Source: Chloroflexota bacterium (GTDB taxonomy: Bacteria; Chloroflexota; Anaerolineae; Anaerolineales; UBA4823). Taken from it: DNA of 64,000 nucleotides. The notes under the pieces are model-generated. The model made no database searches, was not told the origin of the DNA, and worked only from the letters and a program-made list of their open reading frames with translations. The stretch spans positions 6,082 through 70,081 of the forward strand of contig JBFMFR010000027.1 in assembly GCA_040752025.1 (NCBI GenBank). Reading direction: 5' to 3'. Positions 8,509-19,000 of the stretch are shown here, one piece after another. Each line of letters opens with the position of its first letter. The first letter of the stretch is position 1. A program made the position numbers and the translations under genes.

Positions 8509-10404
8509 TTATGGCTGCGGCATGGTCACAAAAGGCGAGGTAAGCTCACAAACAGAGATGTTATCGAAGAAGAACATCGCTTTGGCACCCTCACGTAGAT
8601 GCGCTTCCAGGCCAATCGTTCCGGGAGGCAGCGGCTGGGGATCGGTGTAGCTGAAGAGCTTTTTACCATTCAGCCAGACCTCTGTAACGCCTTCGAAGGT
8701 GCTGATCTCGAAGAAAAACCACTTCTTGTTGCTCAGCTTGGCCACGCTCTGCGCCACTGGAGAGCCGCCGTTGGTAAAGCGCACCATGTTGATCTGCCAA
8801 TTTCCTCCGACTGGCACGAAATAACGCCAATCGCCCTGTTCGAAGGAGTGCCGCCAGTTCAGGAAGAGATCCGTGTCCTGACCGGTGACCATGAGGTGCA
8901 AACGCCAGACTGCATTGTCGAATGTGAAGCCCTGCAGATCATCGTTGGCGGGCATGAGGCCATTGGCAGCTTGCAAGAGCAGGTTGGCGTTCTCGGCTTC
9001 ATCGGGGAGAATGGCCCAACCGTTCTGGGCGTTCAGATCGGCGGCGGCGCTGATGTTGGGCCAACCCTGGGCCTTGCCGTCCTGGAAATCTTCGCTGTAG
9101 AGCAGGGTTTCGCCTGGCGCGCAGGCCTGCTCGGGCAACAGGCCGAAGGGATCGCGCTCCAGAATGATGGTTTGCTCGATGAGCGTATCTTTCTGCAGGC
9201 TGACCTTCTGTTCTACCGCCCGGTAGCCCATGGCGCCGACCTGCAAGGTGGCCTCCGCGCCTGGCAAATCAGTCCAGCTAACCAGGCCCTTTGCGTCACT
9301 GACCTGGCTGGCGTTATCCGCTTCTCCCAATTCCGCCATCACGACCGTGGCATTCGGGATAGGATTCCCTTCCGCGTCCAGGACGGTCACATTCAGATCA
9401 AAGCCGGTTTTCGGGCGCGGCATAGGCTGCATGGGCGCAGCCAGTTCGCACACGACGATGTTATCGTAATAGTGAACCACATCCCCTTCGAAGTGGTTTT
9501 CCAGGGCAATGGTGCCAGCCTCCCAGGGCTGCGGGTCCTGGTATTCCATACCCTGCTTGCCATCGATGTAGATGCCCAGCATGCCATCGAAGAGGCCGAC
9601 TTCTAACAAATGCCAGCCATCCCCCGCATAGCGGCCAGCCGGTCCCAAAGGCATGCCCTTTTCCTGAATATTGCGGTTCAAATCAGCAGCGCCTCCGCCA
9701 ACAACTACCATGTAGCGCGCTTCACCGGGTACAAGACGGAAATTAAAGATGGTTCTTTCACCATCCATGAATTTGAAGCGCACACGCCAAACGGCGTTCT
9801 GGAACTGGTAATACTGGGGATCGAGCACCGCCCATTCAACGCCTTTGCGCGCCGAAAGCACCTGGTTGCCCGGCTGGTCAGGATCGGCCTCTACCTTCCA
9901 ACCGGGGGCAGAGGCCTCGAGGCTGTCCCAACCCTGGGCCAGGCCATCCTGAAAATCCTCAATGTAGAGCAGTTTCTCACCGGGAGCGCAGGCGTTCTCG
10001 GGCAGCAAGCCGTCTGGGTCGGGCTGCATTACCAATGCGGCCTGGTTATCACCGGGCTGCAAATCCTGGGCGGCATCCTGCGCGAAGTACCCTGGGGCGG
10101 TAACCTGGAGCGAGGCCTGCCCGGCTTGCAAACCGGAGAAGGTCGCCAGGCCATCCGCGCCGGTAACCTGGCTGGCTTCGCCCAGGGTAACCGTTGCCCC
10201 AACCACTGGCCCACCGTCCGGATTGGTGAGCGTCACTTCCAAAACCACTGGCAGCGGCGTTGGCGTGGGAGTGGGAGGTGGCGCCGTTGGAGGCAATGCG
10301 GTAGGCGGCTGTGTAGCGGATGTGGTGGCCTGGCCAGGTGAGCCGCAGGCACCCAAAGTTAGCGCCAAGATCACCAGCAACGAGAAAACGGGTTTAGTGC
10401 TCAT
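8509..10404 (-). CDS. Lipoprotein with duplicated carboxypeptidase-regulatory-like + concanavalin/LamG-like modules
   Basis: LGAC lipobox, Pro/Thr linker, two copies of 'GLLPE.ACAPGE.LLY.EDFQDG.AQGW...DNI.VCEL'. Confidence 0.75.
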   Translation of the reverse strand: MSTKPVFSLLVILALTLGACGSPGQATTSATQPPTALPPTAPPPTPTPTPLPVVLEVTLTNPDGGPVVGATVTLGEASQVTGADGLATFSGLQAGQASLQVTAPGYFAQDAAQDLQPGDNQAALVMQPDPDGLLPENACAPGEKLLYIEDFQDGLAQGWDSLEASAPGWKVEADPDQPGNQVLSARKGVEWAVLDPQYYQFQNAVWRVRFKFMDGERTIFNFRLVPGEARYMVVVGGGAADLNRNIQEKGMPLGPAGRYAGDGWHLLEVGLFDGMLGIYIDGKQGMEYQDPQPWEAGTIALENHFEGDVVHYYDNIVVCELAAPMQPMPRPKTGFDLNVTVLDAEGNPIPNATVVMAELGEADNASQVSDAKGLVSWTDLPGAEATLQVGAMGYRAVEQKVSLQKDTLIEQTIILERDPFGLLPEQACAPGETLLYSEDFQDGKAQGWPNISAAADLNAQNGWAILPDEAENANLLLQAANGLMPANDDLQGFTFDNAVWRLHLMVTGQDTDLFLNWRHSFEQGDWRYFVPVGGNWQINMVRFTNGGSPVAQSVAKLSNKKWFFFEISTFEGVTEVWLNGKKLFSYTDPQPLPPGTIGLEAHLREGAKAMFFFDNISVCELTSPFVTMPQP

Positions 10405-10594
10405 GTTTTTCTCCTTCAAGCATTTGTGTGATTACCTGGAGCAGCCCATCCAAAGTCTGAAAATAGACACGCTCCCCTTGCTCGACACTATCCAACGAAC
10501 CACGCCAGACCCGCCGGGCAGAATCGCCGCCTTCGGGCCAAATGCGGAGAAAGAAAGTATGAACTCGGGGGTTTTTCGGTAGTTGGGCATCCAA
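10394..10594 (-). CDS. Small conserved hypothetical protein (FFLRIW...WRGSL..V..GER.YF)
   Basis: TTG start with AAGGAAA RBS, overlaps the lipoprotein start; motif I recognise from Chloroflexota small proteins. Confidence 0.6.
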   Translation of the reverse strand: MDAQLPKNPRVHTFFLRIWPEGGDSARRVWRGSLDSVEQGERVYFQTLDGLLQVITQMLEGEKHEH

Positions 10595-10614
10595 GGTTGG
10601 GTTTCCTTGGATAC

Positions 10615-10648
10615 AGCCTATCAAACCAGTCTCACAAGAGTCTCACAA
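10615..10648 (-). promoter_or_regulatory. SARP-type direct repeat (TTGTGAGACT x2, 11-bp period) plus extended -10 TG-A-TAGGCT
   Basis: agtctcacaa at 10628-10637 and 10639-10648; -10 box 7 nt downstream on the minus strand. Confidence 0.6.
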
Positions 10649-10657
10649 AGGGGGAAA

Positions 10658-13600
10658 TCAGGGGATCGCCAGCAGGCGTTTTATGCGCCAATCGTTGGCC
10701 GCCAGTGTGTCGAATAAAGCCACGCCGAGGCGCCTGGCAGATTCAGCCGGGGGCAGCGCCTCGAGAGCATTGGCGAACACGATGTCAGTCAGCCAGCGGC
10801 CATACGGCGCGGCGCGCAAGACGCTGCTGACGCGCACATCACTATCCGAAACCAGCGGAGCGCGGCGCAAAACCTGCTCCTCGGGCGCAGCCTGTCGAAC
10901 CCGGCGGCGCTGAGTCTCGCTGGCGCCAACCTGAAGAAGAAGGCCCTCTACTCGCTGTGGATGCAGCACCCATAAGGCCCCCAAGCCCTGCAAAACAGAT
11001 TCCGCCAGGGGTTGGCTCAGATCCAGGTAAGCAGCATACATCTGAAGCACCGGAACAGGATGCATCCAGCCCAGCGGGAGCAGCAGACGCAGGTAAGCGC
11101 CCGTCGTAACAGAATCACCTCGCGCTTGCTCAAGTAACTCACGCAAAACCGGGAAATCGAGCTTACCGATCCGCAGATAGCGCAGTCCCAGCGACAAGAA
11201 AGCTACCGGGCCAGCCTGGCGGAAAAAGCCCAGTTCCAAACCCTCGAGAAAAGCTGCCGGGCACTCGCGCGCCATGCGAAGGTTGAAGGTTTCCAGAATT
11301 TGCAATGCTTCCGGACTGAACGGCTGTAATTCGGGCATCGTCAAGGGCAGGAAGGCCAGCAAGATCGTCATGCGAGCCTGCTCCGAGGCTGTCTCAAACA
11401 ACTGCTGAAACACAGGCAGCGCCGTTTGCGGTTGATCATACAACCATGCAGACAACTGGTGGTGAGCCAGAATGTTAGCCGGTATGGCCGGGGAATGCAA
11501 CAAACAGCACAGGTCTTCCAATGACAAATCGGCCAGCCCGGCCTGGCCAGAGCGGAAAGTTTGCAACACACGCTGGTAGGCCCGGCGCTCGAGATCTTCG
11601 ACTGGCACCACAGGGGCCCGTGGGCGAGCGATGGAATTGCCGGCCGGCCAACCGGATAAATTCAAAGCCAACATGCGCCTCACGATTTGAGCTACCGGGC
11701 CAGAAGCCAGGCGCGGCAGGTGCAATTGCTGGACGGCCAATTTGTGCAGGATACGGTCCAATTCATCGATTGTCTCGGGAGGCAAATCGTAACGCGTAAA
11801 CCAGCTCAAGCTGCGCATGACCGCCTGTAAATAGCGCGGCGCAGTAATGATCGCCGGCAGGCTGATTTCATCCACCAGGCGATCCAGCATGTGCAGGGCG
11901 ACAGGAGCATTACGGCGCCAAAGCATGTAGAAAAAGACCAGCGCATCACGGCGAGTCTTTTCATGATGGGCGGAGACGCCAGCACGAAAAACAGCGTATC
12001 CGCCCTCGCCCATCTCGCAGGCGGAGCGGAAAGCCACCTGGTGCGCAGCGTACAAATCCAAATCGAGCAAGCGATGCGCAATCTGCAGCGCCAACGGGGC
12101 ATCTTCAGCATACAAAGCTGGCAAACCTTCGCAAACCAGTTCGTGCGCTTCGAACGAGCTGCTTTGCGCCAGACGCAAATAATCCTCAGGCTGGCGGGTT
12201 ATCAAGAGCACCATTAAAATCGCATTCCATAAAGGCGGGTAAGGCCAGGCCTCCTGAGCCAAATCCGGCAGGCGGTCACCATCGACCTGGCCAAGCCGGT
12301 AGCGAGAAAGGACGCTGAGCGCCAACAGGTATTCATAAAGGCGGTCGAAAGCAAATGCCACCTGGCGCAAGTGACTTTCCCCGAAGTCGGATTGCCCCCT
12401 GGGCTTTGCAGGCGTTTCGACCAAAATTCCCGCTTCCAACAGACGCTGATATGAGCAGTCCGGCTCACCTTGCAACCCCGTCGACAGAACCGGATCGGCG
12501 CTTAGCTCGACCAGGGGCAGGCTCAGACGGCGCAGCTCGCACAACTTGCTGGCCAGCCTCTGGGCGAAAAGCTGGTCATCGGGGCGCGGCGCCCGGCTTT
12601 CCAGGTAATGGCGATAGAGCGCCACGCCCACGCCAAGCTCAAAAAACGCCTTTCCCTGGCTAATTTCGGTTAACATACGGAGCAGAAGTGGTAAAACAAG
12701 GGCCTGGTGTTGTTTTTCAGAGAGCTGCTCCCAGCGCTGCCCAAAACGATAATGACTGCGATACACTTCGAAGGCGAGGTGAAGCTCGCCAGGCGTAAAT
12801 CTCTCAACTAAAAACGGTTGTCCGCCATCAAAATAGCCCCAGCGCAAGTTGACCTGATTGGTTATTTCCAACCAACGCCAGGCCTGGTCTCGGCAAGTCA
12901 ATACAATTTTCATGCTCGACGGAGAGTTTTCCGAACCAGTAAAAGCAGGCAGCAAATAATCCAGACGGCGCAGTAAATCTCCAGGCCCTGCGCCAAGATC
13001 CTGGAATTCGTTCAATCCATCTACCAGCAGCCAGATATGCTGCCCCTGGGCCTGAGCAGTTTGCAGCAAAGCCGGCAAACAATCCACAAATGCCATCGAA
13101 GAGGCGCATAAATCGCGCCCGAGTTGGGCTTCCAGGTTTAGCGTCAGGCTGGAAGCAGCGTAGAAGAGCACCAGGTCACCCGCTGCCAGGCGCTGTTCGG
13201 CCAAATGGGCCAACCAGCAGGATTTACCTACCCCGGACGGCCCCACTAACAACAGCGCCACCTGGGAACCGGCTAAAAAATGTTCGAGGCATTTATCCAA
13301 GGCTGGTCTGTGGACATAAACAGCCGCGTCATAGGTGCGCGTCCGGCGCAGTTCTGACAGGTAGCTTTCGGTTATTGTGCGTACGGCATGGAAACGCTCC
13401 GACCAATTTCCCAATTGCAGGTGCAGTCGCGATAAACGAGCGTAAAGCGCCTGGGTTTCAGGCATTGGTTCTATCCCCAATTCACGGCACAGGATGCGGC
13501 AACAATTCCGGTATTGCGCCAGGGCGGCAGGGCGATCACCTGCGGCTGCATACAGGCGCATGAGGGCGCGGTGTACTTCTTCGCGCAGCGGATCGTAGGC

Positions 13601-14134
13601 TAACAAGCGCCCGGCATAGCCGACGGCCTGAGTGTACTCACCGCGCGCCTGGTGAAACGCCAGTAAAGCTTCCAGCGCCTCCAGAAAACCCGCCTGCAAG
13701 CGCTGGCGCTCCATAAGGCACCATTCATCGTAACAACCTTCCAGGAAATCCCCCTGATATAGCTCTATGGCGCGGGCCAGGTCTTCCGGCTGACGCATAC
13801 GCAGCAACGCGTCGAACTGTAAAACATCCACCTGAAGTTCTGGGGAGGAACGAAAAGTGAGGCACTCGCGATCCACCTCCAGCCACAGGGCGCTAACTGG
13901 CAAAGCCTGGCGCAAGCGCCACAATGCAGTGCTCAGGCTGGCACGCGCTTTTTCCTCCGGAAAATCCCCCCACAGAATGCCTGCCAGCGCGGCGCGATCA
14001 AGCGAGCGGCCAGCGTGCACCACCAGATAAGCCAATAAGTCGCGGCACTTTCGAGTGGGCAGAGGCGGCAGAACCTGCCCACTTTGCAAGATTTGAAACG
14101 AACCAAACAGCCGGATGTCTATACAGGCTGCCAT
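10658..14134 (-). CDS. AfsR/SARP-family regulator: wHTH + BTAD + P-loop NTPase + helical C-terminus
   Basis: 'LLAYL', 'LY.GDFL.G..DEW', 'DPLREE.HR.LMRLY', Walker A 'GPSGVGKS', Walker B 'LLVDGLNE'. Confidence 0.9.
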   Translation of the reverse strand: MAACIDIRLFGSFQILQSGQVLPPLPTRKCRDLLAYLVVHAGRSLDRAALAGILWGDFPEEKARASLSTALWRLRQALPVSALWLEVDRECLTFRSSPELQVDVLQFDALLRMRQPEDLARAIELYQGDFLEGCYDEWCLMERQRLQAGFLEALEALLAFHQARGEYTQAVGYAGRLLAYDPLREEVHRALMRLYAAAGDRPAALAQYRNCCRILCRELGIEPMPETQALYARLSRLHLQLGNWSERFHAVRTITESYLSELRRTRTYDAAVYVHRPALDKCLEHFLAGSQVALLLVGPSGVGKSCWLAHLAEQRLAAGDLVLFYAASSLTLNLEAQLGRDLCASSMAFVDCLPALLQTAQAQGQHIWLLVDGLNEFQDLGAGPGDLLRRLDYLLPAFTGSENSPSSMKIVLTCRDQAWRWLEITNQVNLRWGYFDGGQPFLVERFTPGELHLAFEVYRSHYRFGQRWEQLSEKQHQALVLPLLLRMLTEISQGKAFFELGVGVALYRHYLESRAPRPDDQLFAQRLASKLCELRRLSLPLVELSADPVLSTGLQGEPDCSYQRLLEAGILVETPAKPRGQSDFGESHLRQVAFAFDRLYEYLLALSVLSRYRLGQVDGDRLPDLAQEAWPYPPLWNAILMVLLITRQPEDYLRLAQSSSFEAHELVCEGLPALYAEDAPLALQIAHRLLDLDLYAAHQVAFRSACEMGEGGYAVFRAGVSAHHEKTRRDALVFFYMLWRRNAPVALHMLDRLVDEISLPAIITAPRYLQAVMRSLSWFTRYDLPPETIDELDRILHKLAVQQLHLPRLASGPVAQIVRRMLALNLSGWPAGNSIARPRAPVVPVEDLERRAYQRVLQTFRSGQAGLADLSLEDLCCLLHSPAIPANILAHHQLSAWLYDQPQTALPVFQQLFETASEQARMTILLAFLPLTMPELQPFSPEALQILETFNLRMARECPAAFLEGLELGFFRQAGPVAFLSLGLRYLRIGKLDFPVLRELLEQARGDSVTTGAYLRLLLPLGWMHPVPVLQMYAAYLDLSQPLAESVLQGLGALWVLHPQRVEGLLLQVGASETQRRRVRQAAPEEQVLRRAPLVSDSDVRVSSVLRAAPYGRWLTDIVFANALEALPPAESARRLGVALFDTLAANDWRIKRLLAIP

Positions 14135-14193
14135 GCAGTTCTCCTGACCTGATTATACATCACGATGAGAATGTTATAATCGAACAATCCGAA

Positions 14194-15546
14194 ATGGCCC
14201 GAGAAACCGATGAATCTGCGGCTGAGAAGATGACGCAGGCATCAAGCCGAGCAGAACAGATGTCTATGCGCATCGTATCCGGACTGGCGATCTTGAATTT
14301 TGCCGGTCAGGCTGCCTGGGCATTGGAAAACCAATACTATAACCTGTTTTTTTACGAGAGAATTTTAACCAGCCCTATTTGGATCAGCGTGATGGTGGCA
14401 GTGAGCGCAATTGTCGGCCCCGCAACCGGAATCGGTATGGGTATCGTGAGCGACCGACTGAACCACCGCCAGGGCCGGCTGCCGATGATGCGCCTGGCTT
14501 ACCTGGCCTGGGCGGCGCTCATCGCTATATTCCCAGGCGTAGCCCGCCTTTACCCGGTGACTCTGGCCGCGGGAAGCGCGGTTCTATTGGATTGCCTGAT
14601 GACTTTCTGCGGCTCAACCGCCCAGAACGCCGGCCTGAATGCACTGGCAACCGACCTTACGGCGCCGCAAAACCGGGGGCGCGCGATGGGTTGGATGGAA
14701 CTGGCGCGCTGGCTGGCCGCAATAACAATTTTTGGCGGCGCGGGATGGGTTATTCACCGGTTTGGATATACGGTCCTGTTCGCCGGCGTGGGCGGGCTGG
14801 TCCTGGCGGCAGGGTTGACAGGCATTGGATGGCTGCGTGGGGGCGCCGGTGATCCTGCCAATGCACAGACCTTTCCCGCAGATGCCGCAAATGATCATGC
14901 TCTGTTCTCCTGGAAAGCGAGCCTGCGCCAGCAGCGCGACCTGTGGTGGCTGCTGCTGGCGATGGGCTTTTGGAGCCTGGCAACCCAGGTTTTCTTCCCA
15001 TACCTGACCATCTACTTGCAACACACGCTGGGGTTTTCGCCCGGGACGGTCTCTTTACTGATGCTGATGGTGATCATTCTAGGCGGCATGCTGCCAGTAT
15101 ACCCGCTGGGCTGGCTGGCAGATCACTGGGGACGGGGCAAAACTGCCTGGCTGGCGGTGGGAGTCAAATGCTGCGGCCTGCTGCTTTTCTCGCTGGCGCG
15201 CAGCCCGGCAGGGCTGATCATCAGCGGCGCGATCTGGCTGGCTGCTACCAGCGCGTGGGCGATCACCTGCAATGCGTGGAGCAAAGACCTGTTCCCTGAG
15301 GCGGAGCGCGGGCGCTTCTCGGGCGTGGTGAGCCTGTTCAACGTAGCTTTCGCGATGATCCCGGGAGCAGTGCTAGGCGGCTGGCTGGTGCAGCAGTTCG
15401 GCCAACCAACCACCCTGGCAGGACAGACAGGCACACTGCCAACCTCTCTGCTATTTCAAGTCGCCGCGCTGGCGACCCTGGCTACCGCGCTGCCGCTGTG
15501 GAAGCTGGGGCAAACGCAAAGGCGCAGCGAAATCCACAGTCATTGA
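14194..15546 (+). CDS. MFS transporter
   Basis: About 12 TM; motif A 'GIVSDRL..R.GR' and 'GWLADHWGR'. Confidence 0.9.
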   Translation: MARETDESAAEKMTQASSRAEQMSMRIVSGLAILNFAGQAAWALENQYYNLFFYERILTSPIWISVMVAVSAIVGPATGIGMGIVSDRLNHRQGRLPMMRLAYLAWAALIAIFPGVARLYPVTLAAGSAVLLDCLMTFCGSTAQNAGLNALATDLTAPQNRGRAMGWMELARWLAAITIFGGAGWVIHRFGYTVLFAGVGGLVLAAGLTGIGWLRGGAGDPANAQTFPADAANDHALFSWKASLRQQRDLWWLLLAMGFWSLATQVFFPYLTIYLQHTLGFSPGTVSLLMLMVIILGGMLPVYPLGWLADHWGRGKTAWLAVGVKCCGLLLFSLARSPAGLIISGAIWLAATSAWAITCNAWSKDLFPEAERGRFSGVVSLFNVAFAMIPGAVLGGWLVQQFGQPTTLAGQTGTLPTSLLFQVAALATLATALPLWKLGQTQRRSEIHSH

Positions 15547-16354
15547 GCCGGCCGCGCGGAGGGTGGGCGCCGCGATCGGCAGGGCGCAGGTAATCGGGGT
15601 TGCCGACGTTCCAGGCGCCGCCCTTGATCACCCGGTAGGTATAACCGTGAACATCTACCGTCTCCTGGCCCCAACCAGTCAGACACCACTCCCATACGTT
15701 GCCGACCAGATCCAGCGCGCCGTAAGGGCTCGCTCCGCCCGGGTAACTGCCCACCGGAGTCGGGCGCCCAACCTGCCTGGCAAAGTTACCGCGCTTATCT
15801 TCAAACTCGTTGCCCCAAGGGTAGCGCCAGCCGCTGTCGCCCAGCGCGGCACGCTGCCATCCCTGCTCGGTAGGCAGGCGCACACGCCCGGACGTTGGGT
15901 AGGCACGCTTCAGCGCCGCTGACAACCAGGCGCAAAAAGCCATGCTGTCGAACCAGCTCACCCGGGTGCGAGGCAGGTTGGCCCCGCCGAAAGCAGTAGG
16001 CCTGGGGTTAGGACGGTCCTGGCGCCAGCGCGCCGCCTCGGCCGAAAATCTCCACCAATCAGGATTGGCAAATCCGTCTGGGTCATCCAGGAAACGCTGA
16101 TACTGGGCATTCGTGAGGGGACATTTGGCGATGGCAAAAGCGGCGACCGAGTAGTGACCGCCGGATGTACCCTCGCGTTGGGAGGCGTCTTCCAGAGTGA
16201 CTGTGCCAGCGCTCACGTAGCACCATTCGAAGGCAGTAACATCTTCGCCAGCCGTATCCGGGGATGCGCCAAGGATAATCTGCACGGCTTTCGAAAGAGA
16301 TTCCAGAACGCCGGATGCGAGCTGATCTGAAGGGAGGGCTGAGGTTTCCGGCAC
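15482..16354 (-). CDS. Formylglycine-generating-enzyme (FGE-sulfatase) domain protein
   Basis: 'TNAQY..F', 'RLPTE..W.RAA', 'YPWG', 'GNVWEW', 'GFRC'. Confidence 0.85.
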   Translation of the reverse strand: MPETSALPSDQLASGVLESLSKAVQIILGASPDTAGEDVTAFEWCYVSAGTVTLEDASQREGTSGGHYSVAAFAIAKCPLTNAQYQRFLDDPDGFANPDWWRFSAEAARWRQDRPNPRPTAFGGANLPRTRVSWFDSMAFCAWLSAALKRAYPTSGRVRLPTEQGWQRAALGDSGWRYPWGNEFEDKRGNFARQVGRPTPVGSYPGGASPYGALDLVGNVWEWCLTGWGQETVDVHGYTYRVIKGGAWNVGNPDYLRPADRGAHPPRGRLNDCGFRCAFAFAPASTAAAR

Positions 16355-16364
16355 AGGCTCGCGC

Positions 16365-16862
16365 CTAAGATCGTTTCTTCTGCTTCAGCAACTTGAGCGC
16401 TTCGATCTTGTTGCCTTCGGCAGTGTAGCTGACTTGCGCTTCGATCCAGTCCCCAGGCTCAAGCTGCTGGATCAATTCGTAAAGCTGTTGGTGCTTTGCA
16501 TCCAGGGCTGGTCCGGCAGCGGGCGCGGCCAGCAGTAGGGTTTGTTTGCGGCCATCATCCAGTTCTACTTCCAGCATGGCAGAAACACCCGGCTGGGCCG
16601 TGGCCGCCATCTGCCCGTCATTCCCCGCGCCCACCAGGCCTGAAGGCGGCGGGAGCGCTTCACCCGGGTCAAGGATCACGATATTCGTAACCATGCCCTG
16701 CACACTTTGCGCGCCCTGGGCCACCAGGACGGTCGCCAAAGCGTAGATCGTCAGGCCAAAGATCAACGCCAGGCCCAACGCCAGGATCAAGTTAGAATTC
16801 TTCGAAGTAAGCAAAAACTTTTCTCCTTTGCTGTGAGTTCGAGCAGGCTCAGTCCATGCCAT
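16365..16862 (-). CDS. Hypothetical membrane-anchored protein
   Basis: Single N-terminal TM, coding-like composition; start uncertain. Confidence 0.5.
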   Translation of the reverse strand: MAWTEPARTHSKGEKFLLTSKNSNLILALGLALIFGLTIYALATVLVAQGAQSVQGMVTNIVILDPGEALPPPSGLVGAGNDGQMAATAQPGVSAMLEVELDDGRKQTLLLAAPAAGPALDAKHQQLYELIQQLEPGDWIEAQVSYTAEGNKIEALKLLKQKKRS

Positions 16863-16904
16863 TCAGTAAGACGCCCACAGGCAAAGAAAAGTTTCAGCCG
16901 AGCG

Positions 16905-17327
16905 CTAACTGGAGCGCTTTGCCACCAGGTACACCCCTCCAAAGGTGAGCACAAAGCCGGCCAGGCCCAGGACGATGGCCCAGGCTACCTGCCCCTCGTT
17001 GTGGATCAGGACGCCGACCGCCAGGCCAACGCCCACCGCGTACCATAAACTGTTGCGCAGCTCCTGCGAGACGCCGCGCCGGATCAGGATCAGTTCGACG
17101 GCCACGATGAGCACCACCAGGGCCAGCGCCGCAGCCACCACGTACCCGGCTGGCGTTTCCACACTGGGGAAAATCTTTTTCACCAGGTAAGGAGCAAAGA
17201 CGCCAATGGACAGGATCAGGGCAAAGACCAGGCTGCGGCTGATGGCGCTCTGCCGCTTCAAATCCTGCATCCAGCGGTCGGCCGCCTCCTGGAATTTTCG
17301 CTTGTTTTCGCTGTCGCGTGGGATCAT
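16905..17327 (-). CDS. Hypothetical 4-TM membrane protein
   Basis: AGGAGG RBS, four hydrophobic segments. Confidence 0.65.
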   Translation of the reverse strand: MIPRDSENKRKFQEAADRWMQDLKRQSAISRSLVFALILSIGVFAPYLVKKIFPSVETPAGYVVAAALALVVLIVAVELILIRRGVSQELRNSLWYAVGVGLAVGVLIHNEGQVAWAIVLGLAGFVLTFGGVYLVAKRSS

Positions 17328-17348
17328 GCGCCTCCTTTTTGAATTCTC

Positions 17349-17960
17349 CTACAGGTTGTGCTGTTTTAGTATGGAGAGAGCCGCCAGTTCGGCCTCGAAT
17401 GCCTCCGCACTGGTGAAGATATGGCCCGGGATGCCAGCCGCGGCGGCAGCGCGCACATTTTGCGGGTTATCGTCCACGAAGAAGCACTGCTCGGGCGGGC
17501 GACCCAGCGCCTGGAGCACCCGCTGGAAGGTCGACGGCTCGCGCTTGGTCTGTTTTAACTCGAATGAAAAGAACTGTGCTGTGAATACGTTTAGAAACGG
17601 GTGGACGGCGTGGATGTAATCCACCCATTCGACGGCGTGGTCCGAATGCAGCACCAACTCGCAGCGCGGCGCCAGGCGGCGCAGCAGAGCCTCCATCCCA
17701 GGCACGCGCTGACGAAAATTGGCGCGGATGATTGGCTTGATTTCTGCCGGGGATAGCTGCCATCTCTGGGTGGTGATGACCTGGTTGAGGTAATCCTCCT
17801 CGGACAAGAGGCCGCAACACAGGTCGCGAAGCAAAGGACCTCCAAAGGCCGGGAGGATGCGCTCTTCGTCAACGTGCAAACGCGCAGATAGGGGCCGCTC
17901 GATGCCCAGCAAGCCAGCGATCAGCACTTCAGAGAGGTCGAAAATCAGGGTTTGCGGCAT
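17349..17960 (-). CDS. HAD-family phosphatase (YihX-like)
   Basis: 'LIFDLSEVL', K motif, 'FFVDDNPQNV.AA...GI'. Confidence 0.85.
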   Translation of the reverse strand: MPQTLIFDLSEVLIAGLLGIERPLSARLHVDEERILPAFGGPLLRDLCCGLLSEEDYLNQVITTQRWQLSPAEIKPIIRANFRQRVPGMEALLRRLAPRCELVLHSDHAVEWVDYIHAVHPFLNVFTAQFFSFELKQTKREPSTFQRVLQALGRPPEQCFFVDDNPQNVRAAAAAGIPGHIFTSAEAFEAELAALSILKQHNL

Positions 17961-18146
17961 AGGTCCACGCCTGAGGGGAACTGTTCCCGGTATTATACGC
18001 CGGTTAGCGCGCCAAACGAATATTATCTGTGGGACTGTCACATTGCAGGCACAATTCTTCCCGCTTGGGAGTAGGATCAGGCACAATGGTACAGATCGTG
18101 AAGCGGCTGGCCCCGGGCCAGTGGGGCAGGATTGGGGAACCCGGGG

Positions 18147-18875
18147 CTACTCCCCTGGTTTGCGCTCGAGATACCGGCCAGGGTCCTGCATGAAAGCCTT
18201 GTAGATACGGTAGTGCTGGGTGTCTTCATAAGCAATCGGCGTGGCCTCTGAACCATCAAAACTGTAGATCAGCGCGCCCGGGCAGGCCAGCAGCAAGGGC
18301 GAGTGCGTGGCGATGATGAACTGGGCCTGATTGGCGGCCGGGGTGCGCGCCATGATCTCGAGCAACTCGAGCTGGCTGCGCGGCGAAAGGGCCGTCTCGG
18401 GTTCGTCCAGCAAGTACAGGCCCTTGATGCGGTAGCGGCTGCGGAAGAACGACATCAGCGACTGGCCATGCGATTGGGTGAGTAAAGAGCGCCCACCGAA
18501 ATACTCCAACTGGCCAGGATCCGAAACGGCCCATTCATCCAGGGCCTGGGCAAAATGCTGAAAGACGCTCGAGCCAAAGAACGAACCGGGCACGCGTCCC
18601 GCCGCCCATTCGATCGTGACATAACGGTGAAATGTGGCCTCGTAGGGGTTGTAACGAAAGCGCCGCCTGGCCTCATCGCGCCAGATGTGGATGCCGCAGC
18701 ACTGCGCCAGGGCTTCCAACAATGTCGATTTGCCAGTGCCGTTCTCGCCCACAAAAAGGGTGACCGGAGTGGTGAAAGCGATAGAGCCGGCCTGCTGGAA
18801 GACAGGCAGGTTGAACGGGTAGACATCCCGAGTGGGGTATTGGTGGGGGTGAAGACTGGCGCGGATTAAGTGCAT
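18147..18875 (-). CDS. Stand-alone AAA/ABC-type ATPase
   Basis: 'GENGTGKSTLLE', 'QSHGQS', 'LLDEPETALSP', 'IATHSP'. Confidence 0.9.
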   Translation of the reverse strand: MHLIRASLHPHQYPTRDVYPFNLPVFQQAGSIAFTTPVTLFVGENGTGKSTLLEALAQCCGIHIWRDEARRRFRYNPYEATFHRYVTIEWAAGRVPGSFFGSSVFQHFAQALDEWAVSDPGQLEYFGGRSLLTQSHGQSLMSFFRSRYRIKGLYLLDEPETALSPRSQLELLEIMARTPAANQAQFIIATHSPLLLACPGALIYSFDGSEATPIAYEDTQHYRIYKAFMQDPGRYLERKPGE

Positions 18876-19000
18876 GCTGGGCTCCTGGGTGCTCGCCGCG
18901 CCAGGCGAAGGCCAACTTACCGGGCGCGGTAGCGATCTGGCTGGTTGAAGAAGGTGATACCGGTATAGCCAGCATGGATTTTACCAGAGTGTTTCGCAAC

